IMG/VR virus record: IMGVR_UViG_3300024331_000060
Location: 1 to 60,967 of that record
DNA: 60,967 nt
Source: a virus
Lineage: Duplodnaviria > Caudoviricetes
Reading direction: 5' to 3' (one strand)
Positions within the stretch are counted from its first letter, which is position 1. Each line of letters starts with the position of its first letter. The notes under the pieces were generated by a model. That model did not search any database. It was not told the origin of the DNA and saw nothing but the letters and a program-made list of their open reading frames with translations. This document shows positions 9,902-18,807 of the stretch, piece after piece. Both the position numbers and the translations under genes were made by a program.

Positions 9902-11212
9902 CTAGTATTTAGTGCCCGAGCGGCTGTTAGGTCTTGCTACTGCTGCTCCAGTGCCTGAAGTTGTTGGGAAGCTAATACCGTATTTATCGAGGATCGCTTG
10001 GGCCTCAGGTCCATTAACTTTATCCTGCCCAACCATACCCAGAAGCTGGCTAACTGCATTCCAGTAATTGCCTACTTGCTGAGGAGATGCATTAGGTCCA
10101 GGTTTCCCTTGCTGTAGACTAGTTTCTATTCCTGCCCAGTAACTCTTATGAAGATCTACGGGATTTCTACGATTCCCATAGAGTGCGGCCGCTAATGGAA
10201 GGGCTACTGCCAAAGTTCCACCAGCAACAGGCCCTAATGTAGCTCCTGCGGCAGCGCCTCCTCCAGCACTTCCTCCTGCAGCAGCACCTGCCCCTGCTCC
10301 GGCACCAGCACCGGCCCCTGCAGCTCCCGCGTCTATTGCTGCCTGAACACTGGGTAGAACCGCAACATCAGCTCCGGTGCCTATAGAGGCTAAGGCCGGG
10401 GCGCCTCCTGCCAATACACTGGCCCCTCCTGCAGCACTTCCTACTCCGCTACTCCCAGCGGCTTGCCCGCCAGCGCTAGAAAAATCCCCACCTAGATCGG
10501 TCAGTCCACTAAAATCTGTACTACCTAAGTACGCATCATCCGCTGCGTACATGGACGATACGTCTCCAGCCGACATTCCTCCGCCAAATAGCGATTGATA
10601 GCCGTTGTAGAGATTCTTTCCAGTCTTATAGTCGTTGAGTAAATTCGAGACTATTCCAGATTGATTGGCCGCACCGCCAGCACGAGCATTACCTTGGTTC
10701 TGCTGCAACTGACTGATATTCGAGCCAATACCGTATATATTGTTCCCCAGACTTGAATTACCTTGAGCACCCAGTCCGGCAGCTTGCATTAGCTGACTGA
10801 TATAATTATTGTAATTTTGAGAGGCATACCCAGTATTGTACTGAGACAGCATAGCCAGCGTATTTGGAGTATAGAGACTCCCATTAGCGGCTGCAGTTCT
10901 CTGTATTGCCTGGTTGCCTTGGTCTTGGGCAAACTTAAATCCGGGAGAATTATTGAAAGCCGAATAGTCAGGAGTTCCTGTTAAGCCAAGTTGCTTAGCA
11001 AGAGATGCGTCTGCTCCGGTACCCAATGCTCTCTGAGTTCCATAAATATCAGTAAGCTGCCCCTGCAGTCCTGTCTGAGTATTTATGGCATTCTGTTCTG
11101 CTTGGGTTAGGGCATTGGTTGCATTTTTATTGCCAAAGTAGTTATTAGCTAGATTTGCTCCAGCTCCTATAACTTGTGCCCAACCGTCCCAACCTGATTG
11201 ACTATCAGCCAT
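9902..11212 (-). CDS. DNA ejection protein (P22 gp7-like)
   Basis: SPGFKFAQDQGNQAIQRTAAANGSLY motif typical of gp7-like pilot proteins; Gly/Ala-rich. Confidence 0.65.
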   Translation of the reverse strand: MADSQSGWDGWAQVIGAGANLANNYFGNKNATNALTQAEQNAINTQTGLQGQLTDIYGTQRALGTGADASLAKQLGLTGTPDYSAFNNSPGFKFAQDQGNQAIQRTAAANGSLYTPNTLAMLSQYNTGYASQNYNNYISQLMQAAGLGAQGNSSLGNNIYGIGSNISQLQQNQGNARAGGAANQSGIVSNLLNDYKTGKNLYNGYQSLFGGGMSAGDVSSMYAADDAYLGSTDFSGLTDLGGDFSSAGGQAAGSSGVGSAAGGASVLAGGAPALASIGTGADVAVLPSVQAAIDAGAAGAGAGAGAGAGAAAGGSAGGGAAAGATLGPVAGGTLAVALPLAAALYGNRRNPVDLHKSYWAGIETSLQQGKPGPNASPQQVGNYWNAVSQLLGMVGQDKVNGPEAQAILDKYGISFPTTSGTGAAVARPNSRSGTKY

Positions 11213-11218
11213 AATTAA

Positions 11219-11578
11219 TTACCCTTTGACCTGTTGATAGACGTGCATACCGCCCAATCCGAGCATTCCGCCCGTTAAAGTGAACAGTTCATTGCCATCT
11301 AATAGCGGTATGTGGGCTCCAAAAGAATTTGCCCAGGGGACCAGTACGAAGTTGTTAAAATATGCTAGCACGCACACCCAACCTAGGCCCCCGCGCCAAT
11401 GCTGCAGAGGATCACTAGATGCTGCCTCTGCCTTATCGATATCTGTCTGAGCTTGGATCTGGGAAAGCACAGCAGCGAGCTGTGCTTTCTCAAGTTCCGT
11501 CTTATCAGGCCAAATTTTGTCGGCTAAGCCTTTTAGGGCAGTGAGTCCTGCACCAATTCCTGTGATATCTAAACCCAT
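11219..11578 (-). CDS. holin, 3TM gene-transfer-release family-like
   Basis: KIWPDK...EAAS...WRGGLGWVC...GMLGLGGM pattern. Confidence 0.75.
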   Translation of the reverse strand: MGLDITGIGAGLTALKGLADKIWPDKTELEKAQLAAVLSQIQAQTDIDKAEAASSDPLQHWRGGLGWVCVLAYFNNFVLVPWANSFGAHIPLLDGNELFTLTGGMLGLGGMHVYQQVKG

Positions 11579-11616
11579 ATTTCACCTATAACCAAGAGAA
11601 TAGCCGACAGATTAAA

Positions 11617-11931
11617 TTACACCACCGACAAGTTCGTAGGCGCCATCGGCACCGCGAGAACGGGAAACGTCACCGGCGACGTAAAGTCGCTCGTATTTCC
11701 CTCCTTATTTGTGATAGCAATTGCTACCGTGTGATTTCCAGATTTGAGCGTAGACCACGCAGCGAGCGTACTAAGATCAAAACTGTTAATCTCACTAGAT
11801 GCGGGAACATCTACAGCAGGACTGCCATCCAAAGAGATCTCTACTGCCGCAAAATCCGTTGGGTCGAAGGCCGTGCCATCGGTATTAGCAGTAGGATTAG
11901 TCCAATTAATCGTGTGTACTTGAGTCGTCAT
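11617..11931 (-). CDS. Ig/FN3-like beta-sandwich protein
   Basis: WTNPTANTDGT...HTVAIAITN.EG..SD...PMAPTNL. Confidence 0.6.
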   Translation of the reverse strand: MTTQVHTINWTNPTANTDGTAFDPTDFAAVEISLDGSPAVDVPASSEINSFDLSTLAAWSTLKSGNHTVAIAITNKEGNTSDFTSPVTFPVLAVPMAPTNLSVV

Positions 11932-12380
11932 AGTTTTTCCTGGGCCGGGTATTGGCCAGTCAGTAGGTAGCCGGCTATTCGCTCTGATCGAGTTTTTCCG
12001 ACTTGTTTAGCCCAGAGGCTCTTTAAGAGATCGTCGTGGGCTGCCTGCCAGTCTTTATTCCCTATATCAAGCCTGGTCTTGTAAAACTTTATCCATCTAC
12101 CAGCCATATTAAATTCGAGTTCTATGACTGCATTCTTTCTGCAAGGAGTATCCAAGCTTGGCCACTCTACAAGGTGCATGCACCTCGCTTGCGCTTGTTC
12201 CAGATCTTCCTCAAGATAGCTATCTGCCTGTTCCTGAGTAATTGTATGATCGGCCCAACTAATAGTCTGATTCGGAAGAAGATGTCCATACCCTATCGTC
12301 CAGTACCCGAGAGAGTCTTTGTATGCTTTTAAACGATCTCCCTCGGCTTGCTTAATATCTTTTACTAGTCTGGCGTCCAC
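11928..12380 (-). CDS. endolysin, T4-type lysozyme (GH24)
   Basis: EGDRLKAYKDSLGYWTIGYGH (E-x8-D-x5-T) and SLWAKQV. Confidence 0.9.
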   Translation of the reverse strand: MDARLVKDIKQAEGDRLKAYKDSLGYWTIGYGHLLPNQTISWADHTITQEQADSYLEEDLEQAQARCMHLVEWPSLDTPCRKNAVIELEFNMAGRWIKFYKTRLDIGNKDWQAAHDDLLKSLWAKQVGKTRSERIAGYLLTGQYPAQEKL

Positions 12381-12383
12381 AGA

Positions 12384-12563
12384 CTAGCCCTTTCGCTTAA
12401 ACTTGTAGTAGATTGTCACCAATCCTGCTACTATAGCTACTATATACGACAGAGCCGCAAGAGCCGGTTCTGCTTCCACCAATAGTTCCATAAGTTTTCC
12501 AAACCCCAAAGCAATAGCAGTCAGAGCCAAGGACAGATCGGAAGTAAGAGGAGTGTGACTCAT
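12384..12563 (-). CDS. small two-TM protein, putative holin
   Basis: Two hydrophobic helices and a basic C-terminus, directly upstream of the lysozyme. Confidence 0.55.
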   Translation of the reverse strand: MSHTPLTSDLSLALTAIALGFGKLMELLVEAEPALAALSYIVAIVAGLVTIYYKFKRKG

Positions 12564-12567
12564 ATCT

Positions 12568-12741
12568 CTACTCCGCATTTTCCAGCGGTAGAGCAGCATG
12601 CTTAGCTATCTCTACTTGAGCTAGTCTATTTATCTCGTTCTGGACGTATTGGTGTGCTTCGCACCAAGCGTAGGCTTCACTTCCTGTAGCCGGAGAACGT
12701 TCTAAGAATTTCAAGATGTTACCTAAGATTTGAATATTCAT
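12568..12741 (-). CDS. hypothetical protein, 57 aa (not in ORF track)
   Basis: MNIQILGNILKFLERS...ENAE* with GAGGA RBS; fills the gap after the fibre gene. Confidence 0.6.
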   Translation of the reverse strand: MNIQILGNILKFLERSPATGSEAYAWCEAHQYVQNEINRLAQVEIAKHAALPLENAE

Positions 12742-12747
12742 GCTTCC

Positions 12748-14427
12748 TCACCATGCAGGGATTGATCTGACTGTACCGTTATCATTGATCTTTATCCATT
12801 TCGTAGGATTTCCGGCTGCCGGGGCATTCGTGAGAGTCCCAGTAGCTGCACCGGAATTATTAGTCAGAGCCGCTAACGTGAATAGAAGAGTTCCGTTAGG
12901 AGCTACGAAAGTTTCACCGTCTCCGCGAACTTTGAAATAATCTGTGGTATTAGCTGCGTTAACTATTCGAATCGAGTAGTCAGTAGAAGAAGTACCAGCC
13001 TGAACTCGATGACCAAAGGATTGGTTGGCAGTATTAGGGGCTACCAGAGTAGCTGTATCGTTATTGGCAAGACCAGTTACCGCAAAGGCAGTACCACTAC
13101 TTGGGGCCGGAATAACTACATTTCCAGTAGCATTCCATTTAAGTACCGCAGTACCTAAAGTAGTATTGGTTGTACCTGTAGCTAAAGACCAGTTATTGCT
13201 GGAATCATTCTGGATGAATCCAAAATTTGATCCGGAAGAATTGAGTACAAAAGACGGAATTCCATTACGTACCGAGAATACTCCTCCGGAGGTAAGAATT
13301 ACCATTTGCTCCGTGAGAGTAGGACCTCCGCCAGTAGAAGCCCAGATTTCTAATTGTCCGCCAGACTCTTGTATGTAATGGCCTGTGGTATTAGTAGTAT
13401 CATTCAGGAATATATTAGGACCTTGAGCGGCTTGGTTAATAGTACTTCCTGCTCGGGTGACCTTAATATCCGCACCTCCCGTACTTCCGGGAAGTCCAGA
13501 TGCCACTATCATGGCTATGCCTGAGTTATTACCAGTAACTGTGAGGCTGCTTCCGCTGCTCGGAGCTGTAGTAGTAATAGCCTGAGTATTGGCTATGGTA
13601 ATCGCATTGGTCGTAGCATTGTCCGTTATGCCGCGAGAAGTGAAAGCTGCTCCGGTAACGGTTAGGCCCAGATTAGCAGTGACCAAAGCACTGAATGTAT
13701 GAGCACCAGTCCAAGTAGGAGTAATGGATTGACTTAGAGCAGGGGCTCCGTCCGATCTCATGAACGTAGTAGCTACGCCATTGACCGCAGAAAGTCCTAC
13801 TGATGCCGTAGGATTAGCTCCACTGGATACAGGAGGTACAGCCCAAGTAGCATCAGCTCTAAGGAAGTTGGTAGTACCGCCCCCGCTGGCAGGAGCTGCG
13901 CCCGATAAAGTAGAAGTAAATACGTTTACTAGAGCAGTGAGCTGGGCCTGAGTGAGAGCTACGGCTGCAGCCGATACACCACTTACATTTCCCAGGACCG
14001 TATTGTTCGGAATAGCCGCAGATCCGGAAGGAATATTCCAAGTACCGTCTGCTCTTAGGAAGTTTACAGTTCCTCCGCCACTAGCGGGGACTGCGCCGGA
14101 TAGAGTCGAAGTGAATAGGTTGACTATAGCAGTTAATTGAGCCTGAGAAATAGCCGTAGGTACTGCCGTCACTCCACTCACATTGCCCATTACCGTATTA
14201 TTGGCAATTGGACTGGGGGATATGGTTACTCCCGTGCTACCCGTTCCGGTAGTACTATTTCCACTAACATTGCCGGAAATAGTGATACCTGTACCTGTGG
14301 CATTTCTAATATCCGCATTCACCAAGAAATTATTGATGAATAGCCGGAACCACTGCCTATCCCATTTTTCAGGGATATTAGTGACAGCAGGGGCCGATAT
14401 GCCTTGTTTTACAGGTAGAATAGGCAT
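12748..14427 (-). CDS. tail fibre protein with an internal ~65-aa tandem repeat
   Basis: Thr/Ser/Gly-rich; two copies of NNTVxGNVSG...QAQLTA.VN.FTSTLSGA.PASGGGT.NFLRAD.TW. Confidence 0.7.
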   Translation of the reverse strand: MPILPVKQGISAPAVTNIPEKWDRQWFRLFINNFLVNADIRNATGTGITISGNVSGNSTTGTGSTGVTISPSPIANNTVMGNVSGVTAVPTAISQAQLTAIVNLFTSTLSGAVPASGGGTVNFLRADGTWNIPSGSAAIPNNTVLGNVSGVSAAAVALTQAQLTALVNVFTSTLSGAAPASGGGTTNFLRADATWAVPPVSSGANPTASVGLSAVNGVATTFMRSDGAPALSQSITPTWTGAHTFSALVTANLGLTVTGAAFTSRGITDNATTNAITIANTQAITTTAPSSGSSLTVTGNNSGIAMIVASGLPGSTGGADIKVTRAGSTINQAAQGPNIFLNDTTNTTGHYIQESGGQLEIWASTGGGPTLTEQMVILTSGGVFSVRNGIPSFVLNSSGSNFGFIQNDSSNNWSLATGTTNTTLGTAVLKWNATGNVVIPAPSSGTAFAVTGLANNDTATLVAPNTANQSFGHRVQAGTSSTDYSIRIVNAANTTDYFKVRGDGETFVAPNGTLLFTLAALTNNSGAATGTLTNAPAAGNPTKWIKINDNGTVRSIPAW

Positions 14428-14428
14428 C

Positions 14429-15901
14429 TTACCATTTACACATTTCTACATCTGTCGTTATATTGACAGTGAAAGTAGGAGTAGGATCGCTAGTAGAGAA
14501 TTTGTATACTCTATTTCTAGTCTGGCCTAGATTGAACCAGATAACTCGAACGAAGAAACTTCCCGTAGATCCTAAATTCCTTAGAGGAAAGCCTCGGAAG
14601 GTATTACCAGAATCATCAGATACGTACAGAGAAAGCACAGCACCCGTGAATCCGCCTTCTCCAGTAGAAATTACTAGTTCTAGGCGACGGTTGACTATTC
14701 GATTGTGTTCACTGTAGATAGGTTGAGTGGTGAAGCTAGCTACCAGAGTATTTCCGAATTCTGTGAATACGGAAGTATCCAAGTACCCAATCTTTCCGCT
14801 CTGACTATCTCCTACAAACTGCTTTCCGTAGGCGTTAACGTAAGACAATGCTCTCCAATACCCTAGATTATACGATTCAATCTCAAACCATTCCGAGGTA
14901 AGACAATCGTAGGCTATAGTTCGAAAGGCCGCCGGCATGACAAATACCCAAACAGGATGTCCTGCAACATTCGGAGTGAGAGCGTAGGAGCCTTGAAGGT
15001 TGGCATGCTCCAATATAGCCTCAATGCCACTATTGGATATTCTCTGAGGAGTTTGTCCGTTCTTACGTCGTACTGTTTTGTCGTTAGCTACCCAGATTAA
15101 GGTTTGATCCTGAGTTGCTACGGAATAGCCGGCTTGAGGATGACACCCCATTTCCATAAAGGTCTGAGGGGCGGTAGAAAAAGGAGTTCCTACTGGATTG
15201 CCTACGTTTATGTATCCCTCAGAAGTCAAAGTACCAAAATTGGTTATTTCCCTATGCTCAACCCCTATACCTACGAATAGATCTGTGCCGAATTCTCGGG
15301 GAAAAGAAGCATTAGTCGTAAAGGTAATCTGATTTTGACCCGAAATTACCTGTCCGTCATCGTTGTAGAACAATCGGCCATTCGAGGCTAGGAAAACTAT
15401 GTAGCTATCTAGAAATTTACAATCAATAGCCCCGTACGTAGTAAACAGAGAACCTGCAAGGGGTAAAAAAGCAGCTTGACCAGATGCATTGGGGCAATAC
15501 GTCCAAGCATACGTAGTATTAGGGACCAGAATTACCAGACAGGCGGTATTATCCGTCATTCTGACGAAAGTAGAGCCTACTATACCTGTGCCCAATTGTG
15601 TGAGAGTTCCTACTGAATCTACTTTGTATAAAGTAGGACCAATTACGGCGTACAGAACTCCTTGCATTGTCCACAACCCACGAACAGGATCATTAGTCCC
15701 ATTGGTTGCAAATTGGGTGATACCAGCCCATCTACGTAAATAAGCCGGAACAGACTCCTGAGAGGGATTTCCCGACTTTAACTCTGCCAATACCGAATCC
15801 TGCGGAGAGGGCTCGCTCATGACATTCACTAGTCGTTTGCAAGATGCCGTAGGGTCTGCAGCTACGTAAGAACCTACCGGCAATGGTATGGACATCGTCA
15901 T
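14429..15901 (-). CDS. packaged-DNA stabilisation / tail hub protein (P22 gp10-like)
   Basis: 490 aa, beta-rich; SDDSGNTF...W.NLGQ.RNRVY motif; synteny. Confidence 0.75.
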   Translation of the reverse strand: MTMSIPLPVGSYVAADPTASCKRLVNVMSEPSPQDSVLAELKSGNPSQESVPAYLRRWAGITQFATNGTNDPVRGLWTMQGVLYAVIGPTLYKVDSVGTLTQLGTGIVGSTFVRMTDNTACLVILVPNTTYAWTYCPNASGQAAFLPLAGSLFTTYGAIDCKFLDSYIVFLASNGRLFYNDDGQVISGQNQITFTTNASFPREFGTDLFVGIGVEHREITNFGTLTSEGYINVGNPVGTPFSTAPQTFMEMGCHPQAGYSVATQDQTLIWVANDKTVRRKNGQTPQRISNSGIEAILEHANLQGSYALTPNVAGHPVWVFVMPAAFRTIAYDCLTSEWFEIESYNLGYWRALSYVNAYGKQFVGDSQSGKIGYLDTSVFTEFGNTLVASFTTQPIYSEHNRIVNRRLELVISTGEGGFTGAVLSLYVSDDSGNTFRGFPLRNLGSTGSFFVRVIWFNLGQTRNRVYKFSTSDPTPTFTVNITTDVEMCKW

Positions 15902-15907
15902 ATTAAA

Positions 15908-16309
15908 TTAGATCCAATTTGGGCCGCCCCACGGTCCGCCTTGAGGACGGGGGAACTCACTGAAATCAGCCTCGCTATACTGCAGTGAGCGCTTTACCAA
16001 TTGAGTTTTAGCAGTCTGAATATCGTCCAGAAGTGCTGGATTCTGAATTATAATTCCGTAATGACTTGCCAACTGTCTAGCAAGCAACAGCTTCACTCCG
16101 TGGACATCTTGGTCTCTCAGAGGCGCCGTAGCAGAAAGGCTCGTCTGCTTGAACCATCCAAGTCGTAGGCCATCTGCTGCTTCGTTAAGCAAATAGTCAT
16201 TGAGTACCGTAAGCCCAACCTGCCCCTGCTCGTTGCTGGGGCTCGAGTTTTCATCGATAACCCCTATTTTCTGGTATGAAAAAGTAATAATTTCTAGATT
16301 AGTTGCCAT
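15908..16309 (-). CDS. head-tail adaptor (P22 gp4-like)
   Basis: Size, position and IG.I...P..E....GL..LN pattern. Confidence 0.65.
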   Translation of the reverse strand: MATNLEIITFSYQKIGVIDENSSPSNEQGQVGLTVLNDYLLNEAADGLRLGWFKQTSLSATAPLRDQDVHGVKLLLARQLASHYGIIIQNPALLDDIQTAKTQLVKRSLQYSEADFSEFPRPQGGPWGGPNWI

Positions 16310-17054
16310 ACGCCGCTATTAGCTCCGGGTTTTCAGCAATCTTTTGATTCTTTTCCCAGGCTTCTGGGGTATTCTGTCCCTCAAATCCAGCCTTAGCTTC
16401 TTCCTTGAGGGTTTCTGATAGATTTCCACCCCAAGCTTTGCGGCCCCAGTGCTTGAAATTCAAATCTGTTTCTACGTAGATCTTAAATCCTGCAGCACGA
16501 ATGCGCTCACAGGCAATATAGTCTTCCCCTACTTTATGCTTACCGTAAGGACGAAGATCAAAAAACCAAGGAGATAGTCTAGAAGTCCCGTCATGATCAA
16601 TTTCGTACCACTCACAATCTTTGACGCATTTTTCAATGACATGGCGCTTCATGCACATGAATCCGCCAGGCACTCTTTCCGCCAATTGCAACCCTTTGAC
16701 AACGGGGCCTAGAGCAGTGTACGGATAGATTGGGTTATTCTCATTCTTAGTGGTGTATATTCCACAAACTACATCCAAATTTCTATTGACCAATTTGGCT
16801 ATTGAGTCAGGAGTAAATCCTAGATCATCATCAATCCAGAATAAATGCGTGTAAGGTTTACTGAGGAACTCTGCCACCAACCAATTTCGAGCATATTCGA
16901 CGAGACTGAACCCTGCGGCTGTGCGGGGCTCAAGCCATATATTTTGTAGTGCACAATGGGCTCCTGCGAGACAGAGGGCTGAAGAATACTCCACGCAGAC
17001 CGTTCCGGTATAGCTAGGGGTAGCAAGCATCACATAAGCTTTTGGCTTGGCCAT
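16299..17054 (-). CDS. glycosyltransferase, GT-A fold
   Basis: ATPSY...ARN.LV..FL....THLFWIDDD (DxD), GFM, GEDY..C, H.G. Confidence 0.75.
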   Translation of the reverse strand: MAKPKAYVMLATPSYTGTVCVEYSSALCLAGAHCALQNIWLEPRTAAGFSLVEYARNWLVAEFLSKPYTHLFWIDDDLGFTPDSIAKLVNRNLDVVCGIYTTKNENNPIYPYTALGPVVKGLQLAERVPGGFMCMKRHVIEKCVKDCEWYEIDHDGTSRLSPWFFDLRPYGKHKVGEDYIACERIRAAGFKIYVETDLNFKHWGRKAWGGNLSETLKEEAKAGFEGQNTPEAWEKNQKIAENPELIAAYGN

Positions 17055-17176
17055 ATATTCTCTTAGTAGGGGCGGGATTTCTCTCTATCCCGCGAAGTCA
17101 CGGTCCCCGAGATGAGGTTCCTAAAGTCTAGGTTCCGTTACCTAGGCCAGTCTTGAGAAGGGAGACTGGCAAGACC

Positions 17177-17947
17177 CTAGATACGTTTAGCTAATGCTTT
17201 ATTCAATAGTTCTGTAGGATTTTCAGGTTCTGTAGAATTACTCCCGCCGGGCTGCCGAAGCATATACCTGTGAAAATTACCGGGATATATGGCGGGCTTA
17301 CCTTCTGAGGCAGCACCGGGACCAGAGTTGTGGGCGACATCAATATCCGGTACAAGCCAGATCTCTCCTCCAATATCGGTCCAGTTTCTACTGAAAGCAT
17401 AATCTTCTCCCCACCAAATCCTTTTATGTGCCCCGTGATTGAACAGATCTACGCTGGGATTACTGTGCTCTCCGAAGCAAAGTTCTGGATAGGATTCCAT
17501 GAAAAAATTAACGGCTCCCCGAGTAACTTTTAGGAAGCCCCCAGGAATAGCCGTTGCTTTAATTGCTCCGTCTGATTCCCGTACAAAAGGACGGCCAAAG
17601 GGACCAGGAGCAAGGTTCCCCATGTATTCTTCTTCCTCTTTCTTGAAACGGTAAGTTCCAGCAACTACTTCCCCTTCGGTCTCAATGACTTTCAGTAAGT
17701 CTCCAGGAGACCAACTGAGATCTGAATCAAGAAAGAAGGCAACCGTAGCTTTAGCATCGAGCGCTTTTCTGAGCATAGAGGCCCGAGCAGCACTGATATA
17801 CGGATTACCTATTTCGCTAACTATGCCATGCTCCCATCCTGCCTTCTCCAGAAGGGGAACTTCGTCTTTAATCGACTCCAGAGTCGCCGGATGAGGCTTG
17901 AAGGGAAAGGTCGGTAGACAGATTACCACTTTCTTTTTCTCGGTCAC
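17177..17947 (-). CDS. glycosyltransferase, GT-A fold (paralogue)
   Basis: AR..MLRKAL...FFLDSD (DxD), PGGFL, GEDYAF. Confidence 0.75.
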   Translation of the reverse strand: MTEKKKVVICLPTFPFKPHPATLESIKDEVPLLEKAGWEHGIVSEIGNPYISAARASMLRKALDAKATVAFFLDSDLSWSPGDLLKVIETEGEVVAGTYRFKKEEEEYMGNLAPGPFGRPFVRESDGAIKATAIPGGFLKVTRGAVNFFMESYPELCFGEHSNPSVDLFNHGAHKRIWWGEDYAFSRNWTDIGGEIWLVPDIDVAHNSGPGAASEGKPAIYPGNFHRYMLRQPGGSNSTEPENPTELLNKALAKRI

Positions 17948-18461
17948 TCTTCACTCCAAAACCATATAAATTGTAAGCGTAGGGGCCAGACAGCCTCTCT
18001 ACAACAACATTAGAAAAACCAGCATCTTCGAGGGCTTGCCTCAAAGTAGCTTGAACAAATCCGCCCTTATGGGCCATAGCAGGAGAATTCTTGAGCCATT
18101 TCTCCCATCCGTAGTACATATCAAAACCAGTTACTGGTCCGGATGCAGCTACATATAAAACTTCTTTAGTAGGTTGAACTCCTTCAAGGTCGGGTACAAA
18201 AAGAATTACTGATCCACCTGGCTTAAGAACTCGTAGCCACCCTTCTAGGCAAGGCTTTACTTCATGAGGCCAAAGATGCTCCAGAGCATGAGAGGAAAAT
18301 ACAGCATCAAAAGGACCTATATTTTCCGGCAATTCAGCCATATTGGCTAAAATGTCTGGCTCTGTTTCAGGATCAATATCTACTTTAATTTCTTTACAGT
18401 GCTGCATGTAGAACGGTAGCGGAGACCCGCCAGCACCACAGTGCAATACTAATTTTTGCAT
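17868..18461 (-). CDS. class I SAM-dependent methyltransferase (Methyltransf_11-like)
   Basis: VLHCGAG motif I, VDID, FDAVFSSHALEH, RVLKPGG, VPD. Confidence 0.85.
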   Translation of the reverse strand: MQKLVLHCGAGGSPLPFYMQHCKEIKVDIDPETEPDILANMAELPENIGPFDAVFSSHALEHLWPHEVKPCLEGWLRVLKPGGSVILFVPDLEGVQPTKEVLYVAASGPVTGFDMYYGWEKWLKNSPAMAHKGGFVQATLRQALEDAGFSNVVVERLSGPYAYNLYGFGVKSDREKESGNLSTDLSLQASSGDSGVD

Positions 18462-18472
18462 ATTTTAAGATT

Positions 18473-18504
18473 GCCGGGGCAATGACGCCCCGGCTTTCCT
18501 TTTT
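18473..18504. terminator. GC-rich hairpin behind the capsid operon; T-tract on the plus strand
   Basis: GCCGGGGC-aatgac-GCCCCGGC followed by TTTCCTTTTT. Confidence 0.5.
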
Positions 18505-18545
18505 GTTTCTCTTAGCCGTGGAACGGATATACCGTCCCTTGGGCG

Positions 18546-18791
18546 TTAGCTGATCGACCAGAGGCCATAAGCCGCAAGAGTGTTCATCACTTCCTGCAAA
18601 CTCGTGACTACCTGATTGAAAGCAGCCGTGCTGACACTGATCGTGCCAGTAGCGGTAGAGAGATTTGACGTACGCTGGACCGAAGTCGAAGCGCGCTGTG
18701 CAACGGGCGTAGTCCCGTAGAACACAATCTTGGAGTTGGCTGGAATTGAAACACCATCCGAACTCCCGTCACCAAGCTGATTAACTGCCAT
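18546..18791 (-). CDS. small virion protein after the coat gene
   Basis: KIVFYGTTPVAQ...NTLAAYGL; synteny; GAGGA RBS. Confidence 0.6.
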   Translation of the reverse strand: MAVNQLGDGSSDGVSIPANSKIVFYGTTPVAQRASTSVQRTSNLSTATGTISVSTAAFNQVVTSLQEVMNTLAAYGLWSIS

Positions 18792-18807
18792 TGTAGTATT
18801 CCTCTAA

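Noticed and set aside
10250-10460. GCN/GGN-rich repeat-like DNA
   Set aside because: It encodes the Gly/Ala low-complexity segment of the ejection protein.
17060-17176. Hammerhead ribozyme or tRNA
   Set aside because: No CTGANGA core on either strand and no cloverleaf; kept only as a generic structured spacer.
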